NCBI GenBank assembly: GCA_963827655.1
Contig: CAWHCF010000012.1
Coordinates: forward strand, 1-31,983
From: an uncultured Acidobacteriota bacterium
GTDB lineage: Bacteria > Acidobacteriota > UBA6911
Reading direction: 5' to 3'
DNA: 31,983 nt
How positions within the stretch are numbered: the stretch's first letter is position 1; every line of letters begins with the position of its first letter. The notes beneath the pieces are model-generated. The model was not told the DNA's origin. It saw only the letters and a program-made list of their open reading frames with translations, and did no database searches. Below are positions 1-9,509 of this stretch, one piece after another. The position numbers were made by a program, and so were the translations under genes.

Positions 1-129
1 GTTTATCTTGCCGCCGACCGGGACGAGCGGGCGCCAGTGGCACCGACCACCAGCCAACCCGGCTCAAATCCGTTGCAGTGCGGCCTTCAGGTGTGTTATC
101 TAGCCGTAATTCCAAGAGGGAGAGAATCG

Positions 130-3100
130 ATGAGATTCGCACTCAGCCTGGTCACAGGGCTATTTGTGTTGGTTTCAGGACTCGCGCACGCACAGTCCAC
201 CACACAGTCGATTCAAGGACTCGTTACCGACGCCAGCGGCGCCGTAATTTCGGGAGCCAAAGTCACCATCACCAATGTCGCGACTGGCGTCGCTCGCTCC
301 GCGCAAACTAACGAGACCGGTAATTATAGCTTCCAATTGGTGCCGGTGGGGAACTACGACGTCCGGGTCGAATTGCAGGGATTCAAGACAGAAACCGCCC
401 GAGGTTTGCGCGTGGAAACGGCCGCCCAGGTCCGCCAGAATTTCCAGCTACAAGTGGGAGCGGTGACCGAGACCGTCGAAGTGGTCGCCACCGGGGTTAC
501 TCTGCAAACCGAGAACGCCACCGTCGGCGCCGTCATCGACAACCAGCGGATCATCAATCTGCCGCTGGCCAGCCGCAATGTCGTCCAGCTGGCGGTAATG
601 GTCCCCGGAGTCCAGTTTGGGGAGCGCACCGGCCGGGGCGATGGCCTCGGTGGCTTCCCCATTCCGGGCCAGGGCTTCTCCGTCAGCGCCAACGGGCAGC
701 GGGAGATTCATCAAGTGGTCAGTCTGGACGGGGTTGACGCCAAGGATCCCCGGATCCATATCACCAACTTCGTGCCCTCCATTGAGGCAATCGAGGAGTT
801 CAAGATTCTGGCCAACGCCTACACGGCCGAGGTCGGCTTCGGCGGCGGAGCGCAAGTGGCGATCACGATGAAAAGCGGCACCAACAGACTGAACGGTACC
901 CTGTTTGAGTTCCTGCGCAACGACGTGCTCGACGCCGAGCACTACTTCCTGAACTTCGAACCGCCCCCTGGGCGGCCGCGGGCCAAGAAGGATGCCCTCC
1001 GGCGCAATAATTTCGGGGCGGTGGTCAGCGGTCCCGTCGTGATTCCCAAGCTTTACGACGGGCGCAACAGGACGTTCTGGGCCTTCAACTTCGAGTCGAG
1101 AATCGAGCGCAGGGAGACGGTGCAGACTGCCACCTTCCCCCTCGATGCCTTCCGCGCCGGGGATTTCTCGGAACTGCTGCGGGGAACCGTCAATCCCGCC
1201 ACCGGTCGGCTCTACCGGAACCCCATTGTGATCTACGATCCGCTCACCGGGGAACCGTTCCCGAACAATGTGATTCCAACCTCACGGCTGCACCCGGGGG
1301 CTCTCAACGTGATCGACATGTTTATGCCGCGCGCCGAGTTCCGGCAGACCGACCCGCTCGATTTCACCAACCGAAGCGGCGTTCCCGTCCCGGTGGATGC
1401 TCACCAGTTCTTCGCCCGAGTGGACCACAACTTCAGCGACAAGGACCGGGTCTTCGGACGTCTGGCCGCCGACCGCTCCAGCACGGAAAACAACATCATT
1501 AATCCCGACTTCCCGGTGCTAACGGACTCAAAGGTCACCAACGTGGCCACCCAGTGGATCCACACCTTCAACCAGAACATGATCAATGAAGTACGGTTTG
1601 GGTTCAATGTCTCCAATGACACGCTCAACACGCTCCACAACAACGAAGGCTTCGATATCGACTCTCTGGGGATCGGCCAATACCGGGTCGTGACCGACGG
1701 GAATCGTAAGTTGATACCGAGGGAGCAGGGCGTGCCGACCCTGGGGTTCACGATCGGAGAGCGGATCAACGGTAACGGCCAGGACCAGATGGATACGATA
1801 CAGGCGGGAAACCACCTTTCCTGGATCCGGGGCAAACACAACTTGAAGATGGGCGGCGAGATCTATCACATCACGATGGAGCGGTCAGCCGCCAACCTTG
1901 CCCAGGGCAGGATCACCTTCAGCGGCAACGAGACCGGCTACAACTTCGCTTCGTTCCTGCTGGGCCTGCCGCAAACAACCGAGACGCCAGAAGGAGAGCC
2001 TTTCACGTTCCCGCGCGCCAACCGCTTCGCCGCTTACATGCACGACGACTGGAAGATGACACCCAGGCTAACCATCAACCTCGGGCTGCGCTTCGACTAC
2101 AACGGCGTGCCGATTGACGCGCAGGGATTGTGGCGAACCTTCGATTTCGTCGGAGTAGGCACCGAGGTCGGGAGGGGCAAGGGGTTCAGTGCCCCGGACG
2201 GAACCATCATTCCGACCATGTATCCCGAGTTTGTCGATGAACGAGGCGGGGTGAAGCTATTCAAGCAAAACGTCAAGTTCTTCATGCCTCGGGTCGGCAT
2301 CGCGTACCGTCCCTGGGATAAATGGGTCTTCCGCGCCGGCGCGGGGTGGTTCGACAACATCAACCACATCAATACCTGGACTATTCTGAACCTGAATCCC
2401 CCCAAGTCGGGCGTGCTGCAGTTCGACGCCGTCACCGATGTGGCGGGGACGGTCCCTGTCCTGGCCGCCGATGGAAATACTTACAACGTTCAGCTTCGGC
2501 GCTTCCGGCCTGGCCAGCCGATCCTCACACTCGACGACCCGTTTCTTACTCGCACCGGTGTCCAGGCGGCGGCACGGCCCGTAAACACGGTACACATGCC
2601 GTCCGACACCAAAGACGGCGACGTATGGAAGTGGAGCTTCGACATCCAGCGAGAGCTGCCTTACCAGACCGTCCTGAGCGTCGGCTATGCTGGCAGCAAA
2701 GGTACCCATGTGGGCAACAGCGTCGGCAACTTCAACGACGCTCGGCCCTCGCCAGACACGAATTTCCAGAATCGCCGGCCTTTTCAACGTTTCTACGACC
2801 CAGCCACGCCCGAGCGAGGGATTCAGAACGTAGCGAACATTCGCTACGTCGATAGCTATGGAGAGTCCTTCTATCATGGCCTGCAGGTGAGGCTGGATAA
2901 GAGATACTCTCGCGGTTTCTCGTTCAGCCTTGCTTACACTCTCAGCAAGGCTCACGGGGACGGCGAGAACGGCGGCCAGGAAGGCGCCGGTTTCCAGAAC
3001 CCGCTGGACCGCAAGGGCTCCCGCGGCTTGTTCCGCTTCGACCAGACGCACAACCTGGTGTCGTCCTTCATCTGGGAGCTGCCCGGTCAAGGTCTGCCTG

Positions 3101-3610
3101 GAAGCTGGAAACATCTCATCGGCGGCTGGCAGCTCAGCGGCGGTGTGACCATCCGCTCCGGTTTCCCGTTCACCGTGGGCCAGGGCGCCGCGGATCTGAA
3201 CGTCGGCGTCGGGCCGGTCCGTCCTGACAACCTCCGCTCGGCGGAGCTGGATAACCCCACTCGCAAACTGTGGTTTGACCCGGCAGCATTCCAGCGCGTG
3301 ACCTGCCGCATCCCTTCACGGCAAGACCTCTGCCATTACGGCAGCACCGGCTATAACACAATGCGGGCACCCGGCCAGCGGAACGTGGACCTCGGCGTGT
3401 TTAAGAACATCCGCTTCACACGAGAGGTACACACTCCAGTTCCGGACCGAAATGGCGAACGCGTTTAACACCCCCTATTTCGGCGACCCCATCGGTGTCA
3501 GTTTCCTGACCACCGACTCAATCGTCCCCGATGGGGCGCGCGTAGGCGAGATCCAAAGCCTGCGCAACCCAATGCGGATTATCCAGCTCGGATTGAAGCT
3601 GTACTTCTAA
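130..3610 (+). CDS. TonB-dependent receptor with N-terminal carboxypeptidase-regulatory-like domain (Oar-like); one frameshift near 3419, true C-terminus ...IIQLGLKLYF* ending at 3610
   Basis: ATG 130 followed by a signal peptide (MRFALSLVTGLFVLVSGLAHA). Motifs: GLVTDASGAVISGAKVTITN, PSIEAIEEFKI, KSGTN, LTINLGLRFDY. The ORF breaks at 3468, but the shifted frame reads ERYTLQFRTEMANAFNTPYFGDP...LKLYF-TAA, matching the paralog's C-terminus. Confidence 0.92.
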
Positions 3611-3619
3611 TTGAGATTC

Positions 3620-3736
3620 ACCGCGAAGTCCCGAAGACGCAAACAGTGATGAACCTTCGTGTCTTCGCGTCTTCGCGGTTAGTGCGGCCGAACAAAAACC
3701 AACCACGAAGACTCAAAGACTCGAAGAAACACTAAG
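3620..3736. repeat. (ACACGAAG)n intergenic repeat cluster: inverted pair 3620-3644/3655-3680 plus a third arm 3701-3736
   Basis: accgcgaagtcccgaagacgc ... cttcgtgtcttcgcgtcttcgcggtt ... aaccacgaagactcaaagactcgaagaaacactaag, lying between two convergent genes. Confidence 0.85.
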
Positions 3737-3745
3737 AGGCAGCGT

Positions 3746-6700
3746 TTAGAAGTAGAGCTTCATCCCGAACTGGATCACGCGCATCGAAGCCCGCAAGCTG
3801 CGGATTTCTCCCATGCGCGGAGCGTCCGGGACGAACGAATTGATGCTGGTGAACCCGATGCCGTTCGGAACACCAAACTGCGGTGTGTTAAAAGCATTGA
3901 AGAACTCGGCGCGGAACTGGAGTTTTCCCTCATCGCCAATAAACGGCAGCCGCCAGTTCTTGTAGACCGAAAGGTCCAGGTTGCGAGCCCCGGGCGACTC
4001 CAGGATGCCTTGACCGGCGTTGCCGTAATGGCACAGGTCGAGCCGGCCCGGAATGTTGCAATCGACGCGGCGGAAGACGCTCGGATCGAACCACTTCTCC
4101 CGTTTGGCATCGCCGAAGAGGCGGCCATCGTCTACACGGTCGGGCCACACTTCCCCGCCCGTATTCAGGTTCCCGCCGCCGCCGGGGTTGAACGGAAAGC
4201 CGGAGCGGAAGGTCAGGATGCCGTTCGTCTGCCAGCCTGCCAGGAATGCGCCGGCAACGCCTTTGAACCGGTTCAAGAACGGCATTTCGTATACGTAGTT
4301 GATCACCGCGTTGTGCCGGACGTCAAAGCCATAGCGGGTTCGGGCGGAGCGCCGGTCCCGCGGGTTCTGGTATCCGCTCGAGACGCTTCCGGCGCCCTCG
4401 TTCCGTCCGTACCCCTCCCCCTGTGACTTGCTGTAGGTATAGGCCAGCCCGAAGGTCAGGCCGCTGCTGTATCTCTTCTCGAGACTGGTCTGCAGTCCGT
4501 GGTAGTTGCCGTTGCCGTAGCTGTCGAGGTAGCGGATGTTCCCTAGCCCGCGCGCCTGGTCCCCTTCGCCTTGACTGATATAGGCCTGATACGGGCGTCG
4601 AACGTTGATATCAGTGTTGGGCGACGGATCGGGGTTGTTGTAGTTGCCGATACTGTTGTCGAGATTCGACGTCTTGCTTCCGACATACCCGACCGTCATC
4701 GACATGTCCCAGGGGAGCTCGCGCTGGATGTCGAGGCTCCACTGGACGTGATTGCTCGCCTTGTTGTCGGGCGGCATCAGGGTGAGATTCGTTCGAGCTG
4801 CGGCCGACCCCTGCCCCGGAAAGGCGTTATCGAGAGTCAGGACCTGGGTGCCTTCGCGGAACCGCCGGGTTGGAATCTGGTAGTCCTGCCCCGCATAGGT
4901 GTGTGCAATAAGCTGAGCCTGGTCGGTAACCTGGTTGAATCCGAAGGTTCCCGAACGAGGAGGGAGCAGGTTCAAGATCGTGAAGTTATTCAGCTGCTGC
5001 GCATTGGCAAACCAGCCGAAGCCGCTCCGTACCACCCACTTGTCAGTGACCCGGTAAGCCAGGCCCAGGCGGGGCATGAAATAGCGATTGTCACTTTCAT
5101 AGAATTCGAAATTCTTGGTGTTAGGCACTGGAATCAAAGTAGGAAGCTGTCTTCCGTCGGTAGCCGTTGACAGAATATCCAGTCGCAAAGAACGCCAGCC
5201 TCCGTCGGAATCGGCCGGAACTCCGAAGTAATCCCATCGCAAGCCGAGGTTCAGCGTGAGTCTTCTCGAGGCCTTCCAGTCGTCCAGGATGTATGCGCTG
5301 TATCGGTCCTGGCGCGGCGCGGTAAAGGGAAATCCCTCGGCCGTCGTCGTGCTGGAAGGGAATCCGAGCAGCCAGCCCGCGAGTGAGTAACCGCCCTCGC
5401 AACAACCCATCGAGCCGCGTGGGAGATTGGCTGCGGCCCGGTCCAGCCGGACTAGCCGGTATTCGAAACCGGTCTTGAAGTTGTGTCTGCCGCGGCCGAA
5501 CGAGAAGTTGTCGGTGAACTGATGGACCTCGTTGAAGTCATACCCGTTTCCCCCGTCGCGGTCTCCGGTGATGATCGTGCCCGGCAGGCCCATTTCGCGA
5601 GGCGTGAGCTTTCGGTTGTTGTCAACCGCTACCCGGAACTGGCCGATGCCGAGGGAGTCCAGATCGAAGTCGGTATTCGACCGGGGGTTGAAGGTATCGT
5701 CATCAGCCTTGTTCAAGCCATACCGAAACTCGTTCAGCACGGTGGGACTGAAGATCTTCAAGTACTGAACCGCCCAGTTATTGGCGATGGACTTGGTAAA
5801 GTAAGGAAAATTGGGGTTAATGAATTCCTGGTCCCACCGCGAGCGATCGCCGGCGTAACGGACGAACACCTTGTTGTTCGCATTGAACTGGTGATCGATC
5901 CGGAAAAAGTACTGGTTTGAAGTAATGACGTTGGGGACCGAACCCCGTACGTTGACGTCCAGGATGTCAGCCGGCGCAAACTGCGGCAGCGGCTGGTATT
6001 GATTGATGAATGACTGAGCGTCCCGGTCGATACGGCTCGCCGGAATGATGTTGTTGATGTTTCCCGCGCCATCGCGGAACGGCTCTCCGGTGAGAGGATC
6101 GTAAATGATGATCGGGGTGCGAATCGGCCGCCCGTTCTGGATCAAGGGGCTCAGCAGGGCGGAGAAATCTCCGTTGCGGAACGCCTGGGGGAAAAAGAAG
6201 TCCTCCGCGACCGTCTCCCTTGTCTCACGCCGGCCCTCGTAGTTGAAGCTCCAGAAGGTGCGGTCCTTGCCGCTGTATCCGGGAAGCCAGACCGGGCCGC
6301 TGACGAAGGCGCCAAACTGGTTTCGGCGCAGGACGTTTTTCGGCGCCTCCCGGCTGCCCGGAGGTTGCTGGAAGTTGAGAAAATAGTCCTTGGCGGCGAA
6401 CTTGTCATTCCGGAGGAACTCGTAAACGGTGCCCCGGAATCGGTTGGTTCCTGATTTCAAGGCGATCTGAACGATGGCGCCGTTGTTCTGGCCGTACTCC
6501 GCCGAGTAGGAGCTGGTCTGGACCCTGAATTCTTCGATGGCATCAATCGACGGCGAGAAGACCATCGTGTTGACGCGAGGCTCGGTGGCGATGACCCCAT
6601 CAAGCGTAATCTGCTGGTTGATCTCGCGCTGGCCGTTGGCGCTCACCGCAACGGTGTTCCCGGGGATGGGAAACCCGCCGGCGCCGTCGAAGCCGACCCG

Positions 6701-7201
6701 CGACCCGTATTGGACGCCGGGAGTCAGCACTGCGAGAGAGCCGATATTGCGCCCGTTGAGAGGCAGTTCGACCACGCGCCGGTTATCGATCACCTGGCCC
6801 ACCGCGGCGTCATCGGTCTTGAGGGTAACCGCGGCGGCCGTGACTTCGACCGTCTCGCTGATCTGGCCGACCTCCATCACGAAATTGACCCGCACCTTCT
6901 GCTGCAGCTGTACGGCGACGTTCTTTCGCTCCTGCGTCTTGAATCCGGTGAGCTGCGCCGTCACGGCGTATTCTCCGATTTCGATCAGGGGAAACGAGTA
7001 GTCGCCGGAGGTGCTGGTCACGGCCTCGCGCTTTTCTCCGGTCGCGACCCGCAGGATCGTGACGGTGGCGCCGGGAACGGCGGCGCCGCTTACGTCAGTT
7101 ACGGTACCGAGGATTTCGGTAGATGTGGTCTGGGCCAAAAGGGCAACAGGACAACCCAGAGAGAAAGACAACCAGCAGAGAATGACTGATATCTTTTTCA
7201 T
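3746..7201 (-). CDS. TonB-dependent receptor with carboxypeptidase-regulatory-like domain, paralog of 130-3610
   Basis: Start MKKISVILCWLSFSLGCPVALLA (signal peptide). Same motif series (GGFPIPG, PSIDAIEEFRVQT, KSGTN, LNLGLRWDY, DLCHYG). C-terminal GMKLYF. Confidence 0.95.
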   Translation of the reverse strand: MKKISVILCWLSFSLGCPVALLAQTTSTEILGTVTDVSGAAVPGATVTILRVATGEKREAVTSTSGDYSFPLIEIGEYAVTAQLTGFKTQERKNVAVQLQQKVRVNFVMEVGQISETVEVTAAAVTLKTDDAAVGQVIDNRRVVELPLNGRNIGSLAVLTPGVQYGSRVGFDGAGGFPIPGNTVAVSANGQREINQQITLDGVIATEPRVNTMVFSPSIDAIEEFRVQTSSYSAEYGQNNGAIVQIALKSGTNRFRGTVYEFLRNDKFAAKDYFLNFQQPPGSREAPKNVLRRNQFGAFVSGPVWLPGYSGKDRTFWSFNYEGRRETRETVAEDFFFPQAFRNGDFSALLSPLIQNGRPIRTPIIIYDPLTGEPFRDGAGNINNIIPASRIDRDAQSFINQYQPLPQFAPADILDVNVRGSVPNVITSNQYFFRIDHQFNANNKVFVRYAGDRSRWDQEFINPNFPYFTKSIANNWAVQYLKIFSPTVLNEFRYGLNKADDDTFNPRSNTDFDLDSLGIGQFRVAVDNNRKLTPREMGLPGTIITGDRDGGNGYDFNEVHQFTDNFSFGRGRHNFKTGFEYRLVRLDRAAANLPRGSMGCCEGGYSLAGWLLGFPSSTTTAEGFPFTAPRQDRYSAYILDDWKASRRLTLNLGLRWDYFGVPADSDGGWRSLRLDILSTATDGRQLPTLIPVPNTKNFEFYESDNRYFMPRLGLAYRVTDKWVVRSGFGWFANAQQLNNFTILNLLPPRSGTFGFNQVTDQAQLIAHTYAGQDYQIPTRRFREGTQVLTLDNAFPGQGSAAARTNLTLMPPDNKASNHVQWSLDIQRELPWDMSMTVGYVGSKTSNLDNSIGNYNNPDPSPNTDINVRRPYQAYISQGEGDQARGLGNIRYLDSYGNGNYHGLQTSLEKRYSSGLTFGLAYTYSKSQGEGYGRNEGAGSVSSGYQNPRDRRSARTRYGFDVRHNAVINYVYEMPFLNRFKGVAGAFLAGWQTNGILTFRSGFPFNPGGGGNLNTGGEVWPDRVDDGRLFGDAKREKWFDPSVFRRVDCNIPGRLDLCHYGNAGQGILESPGARNLDLSVYKNWRLPFIGDEGKLQFRAEFFNAFNTPQFGVPNGIGFTSINSFVPDAPRMGEIRSLRASMRVIQFGMKLYF

Positions 7202-7244
7202 GAGAAGGGCTCCTCTCAAGTCCGCGGCCAGGGATTTTGCGATT

Positions 7245-7273
7245 ATTATAGGTGGAAAATGGGTGACAGGCTA
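7245..7273 (-). promoter_or_regulatory. Possible sigma70 promoter for the second receptor
   Basis: Minus strand TAGCCT-17 nt-TATAAT about 45 nt upstream of ATG 7201. Confidence 0.4.
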
Positions 7274-7304
7274 CGCTTTTCCCAATTAAATTGAGGGCAG
7301 GAAT

Positions 7305-7381
7305 ATGGAGTGCGGCTTTAACCACGAAGACACGAAGACACAAAGAAACACATTAAACCTCAAGTTGTGTTGACCGCGAAG
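7305..7381 (+). repeat. (ACACGAAG)n repeat preceded by a GGAGTGCG REP remnant
   Basis: atggagtgcggcttt then aaccacgaagacacgaagacacaaagaaacac (7320-7351); short accgcgaag near 7373. Confidence 0.8.
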
Positions 7382-7426
7382 CCACGATCCCTGAAGCCGG
7401 CTGGAGGCTTGCCTGGCGGCGATGGA

Positions 7427-7846
7427 TCAACCTGGGAGATAAAGAACTCGAAGAGCTGGGATTCGCCGCCGGATGATCTCGAAGTGCTGCTCGTCCTCCG
7501 TGACCAGCACGGCTCCAAGACGAACAGCCGTAAACGCAATCTGGACGTCGTTGACGAACCCTGCCGCTTTCCTTAGTTCTCCGTAACGACTCGGTAGTCC
7601 GGCCAAGAATTGCCCGATCGAGATGTATTGGCTCGGTGTGAGCGAAATGACGCGGTTCGCACCTGCATAAGGCTTCTGAAGTCGTTCGACGACTCGCTCA
7701 GCTACCTTCGTCCTGGCGCCAGCCCAGAGCTCCATCAGGACGATCGCGGAGAGATACTTCGTGGTGCCACGCCGCAGCATCTCGGCCGAATGTCGGAGCT
7801 CCCGAATGAACGAGATGTAGATGTTGGTATCGAAGAGGACTCTCAC
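7427..7846 (-). CDS. vapC: PIN-domain toxin (VapC family)
   Basis: VLFDTNIYI...ELWAG...NDVQIAFTA...LVTEDEQHF acidic PIN motifs; 4-nt overlap with the upstream antitoxin. Confidence 0.9.
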   Translation of the reverse strand: MRVLFDTNIYISFIRELRHSAEMLRRGTTKYLSAIVLMELWAGARTKVAERVVERLQKPYAGANRVISLTPSQYISIGQFLAGLPSRYGELRKAAGFVNDVQIAFTAVRLGAVLVTEDEQHFEIIRRRIPALRVLYLPG

Positions 7847-8037
7847 TCGAAGACCTCTTCGATCAGGCGCCCCTTTCCCCCCACCGCCTCGTGGGCCTCG
7901 ACGATCTCGTCATCGATGACCACCATCTCCAGCGCTCGGTTGACGGCCTGCTTCTCCGTCTTCGCGCGGAAGATGGTGCGTGCCCGATCGATATGATCCT
8001 GGTTCAGCTCAATCGTCTTTTTGACCATTCGAGGCAT
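7843..8037 (-). CDS. vapB: VapB-type antitoxin (64 aa)
   Basis: MPRMVKKTIELNQDHIDRARTIFRAKTEKQAVNRALE ribbon-helix-helix-like N-terminus; GGAGG RBS before ATG 8037; coupled to vapC. Confidence 0.8.
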   Translation of the reverse strand: MPRMVKKTIELNQDHIDRARTIFRAKTEKQAVNRALEMVVIDDEIVEAHEAVGGKGRLIEEVFE

Positions 8038-8061
8038 AAGGCCTCCCATATTTTTCTGAGC

Positions 8062-8090
8062 ATTGTATGGGAATACGTATCGGCGGTCAA
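8062..8090 (-). promoter_or_regulatory. sigma70 promoter of vapBC-1
   Basis: Minus strand TTGACC-17 nt-TACAAT, 25 nt upstream of the antitoxin ATG. Confidence 0.7.
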
Positions 8091-8192
8091 TGCCTGCCCC
8101 GGGGCTCGGAGCAGGTGAATCCGTCAGGGAGCTACCGGTCTCCCCGGAGCACAGGCGCGCAAATGAAATTGGGAAAGCGTAGCCGGTCACCG

Positions 8193-8201
8193 TGGTACAA
8201 T
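8193..8201 (+). promoter_or_regulatory. Extended -10 element for the SelA-like gene
   Basis: TGgTACAAT followed by GGAGG RBS and ATG 8227. Confidence 0.5.
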
Positions 8202-8226
8202 CACGCCATCCAGGGAGGGCATCTTC

Positions 8227-9459
8227 ATGAACATCCACCGCAGGAGTTTTCTCGGGTCAGCCGGGATTGCCTCAGTGCTGAATCTGTGGCCGCTTTCGAA
8301 ACTGTCGCTGGCAGCCAACAACCGGACCAACAACTTTTATCGTCAACTGGGTATCCGGCCGGTCATCAACTGCCGCGGCACCCACACCGTCATCGGCGCC
8401 TCCAAGGAATGGCCCGAGCTGCATGAGGCCATGGCCGAAGCCTCGCGCCAGTTCGTCGTTCTGGACGAGCTGCAGGACAAGGTCGGCGAGCGACTGTCGC
8501 GCCTGATCGGCTGCGAGGACGCCATGGTCACGACGGGCGCCGCGGGGGCCATCACTCTGGGAACCTGCGCCTGCCTCACCGGGTCCGACAACCAGAAAGT
8601 CCGCCGCCTGCCCGATCTGACCGGAATGAAGAGCGAGGTCATCATTCAGAAGGTCCACCGGAACGGCTACGATCACGCCGTGCGCAATACCGGAGTCCGG
8701 ATCGTCGAAGTGGAAAGCAAGGACCAGCTGGTTCAGGCAATGAACGAGCGCACGGCGATGATGTACTTCCTGGGAGGAAGCTCCGGCGACTTCGCCTACG
8801 AAACACCCGTTTCGCTCGAAGACTGCCTCGAGGTCGGGAAGAAGGCCGGCGTTCCCATCCTGATCGACGCCGCCAATATGCTTCCCCCGTGGGAGAACAT
8901 CCGCCGGCTTGGCGAACTCGGCACCGACTTGATCTGTATCAGCGGCGGCAAGCACATGCGAGGTCCGCAATGCTCGGGCATTCTGGCGGGCCGAAAAGAC
9001 CTGGTTCGAGCCGCGCGGCTCAATTCGAGCCCGCATTCCGACTCCCTCGGACGACCGTTCAAAGTGGGGCGCGAGGAAATAATCGGCGTCTGGCTCGCCG
9101 CTGAAAAATACGCGAAACTGGATTTTGCCGCCCTGGACCGCCAGTCATTCGAACAAGCCGAGTATCTTACCCGCGAGCTCAAACGAATCCAGGGCCTCGA
9201 GGTCAGCTATGCGCCCCATGATCGCACGCGGCGCGTCCACCGGGTCGTGGTCCAGTGGGATGAGCAGAAGATGGGTCTCACAACCGCGCAGTGCGAGCAG
9301 CAATTGCTCGAGGGCGAACCTCGCGTCGCCGTCCTGCGTGAGCGCCAGGGTCTCATGTTCGTCCTCTTCATGAATGACCCGGGCGACGAGAAACTGGCCG
9401 CGCGCCGCATGAAGGAAATCTTTTCGCGCAACCTCGCGTCTTCGGGTCTTCGTGGTTAG
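8227..9459 (+). CDS. SelA-like (DgaE/class V) PLP-dependent enzyme with a Tat signal peptide
   Basis: IHRRSFL twin-arginine signal; PVINCRGTHT, VTTGAAGAI, IDAA, ISGGKHMRGPQ (PLP lysine), KVGREEI. The last codons lie inside a repeat arm. Confidence 0.85.
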   Translation: MNIHRRSFLGSAGIASVLNLWPLSKLSLAANNRTNNFYRQLGIRPVINCRGTHTVIGASKEWPELHEAMAEASRQFVVLDELQDKVGERLSRLIGCEDAMVTTGAAGAITLGTCACLTGSDNQKVRRLPDLTGMKSEVIIQKVHRNGYDHAVRNTGVRIVEVESKDQLVQAMNERTAMMYFLGGSSGDFAYETPVSLEDCLEVGKKAGVPILIDAANMLPPWENIRRLGELGTDLICISGGKHMRGPQCSGILAGRKDLVRAARLNSSPHSDSLGRPFKVGREEIIGVWLAAEKYAKLDFAALDRQSFEQAEYLTRELKRIQGLEVSYAPHDRTRRVHRVVVQWDEQKMGLTTAQCEQQLLEGEPRVAVLRERQGLMFVLFMNDPGDEKLAARRMKEIFSRNLASSGLRG

Positions 9460-9497
9460 CGCCGCGACACGAATACCACCAAGGCGCAAAGACACAA
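9433..9497. repeat. (ACACGAAG)n inverted repeat pair
   Basis: ctcgcgtcttcgggtcttcgtggtt ... taccaccaaggcgcaaagacacaaa. Confidence 0.8.
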
Positions 9498-9509
9498 AAA
9501 AGGATCTTT

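Noticed and set aside
3415-3425. Programmed frameshift in the first receptor
   Set aside because: No slippery heptamer, and a truncated barrel lacking its terminal strands would not assemble. A sequencing indel is simpler.
8227-9459. True selenocysteine synthase selA supporting the selenoprotein
   Set aside because: It has a Tat signal and no selB or selC nearby, and it fits the SelA-like/DgaE group. It is not evidence for Sec machinery.
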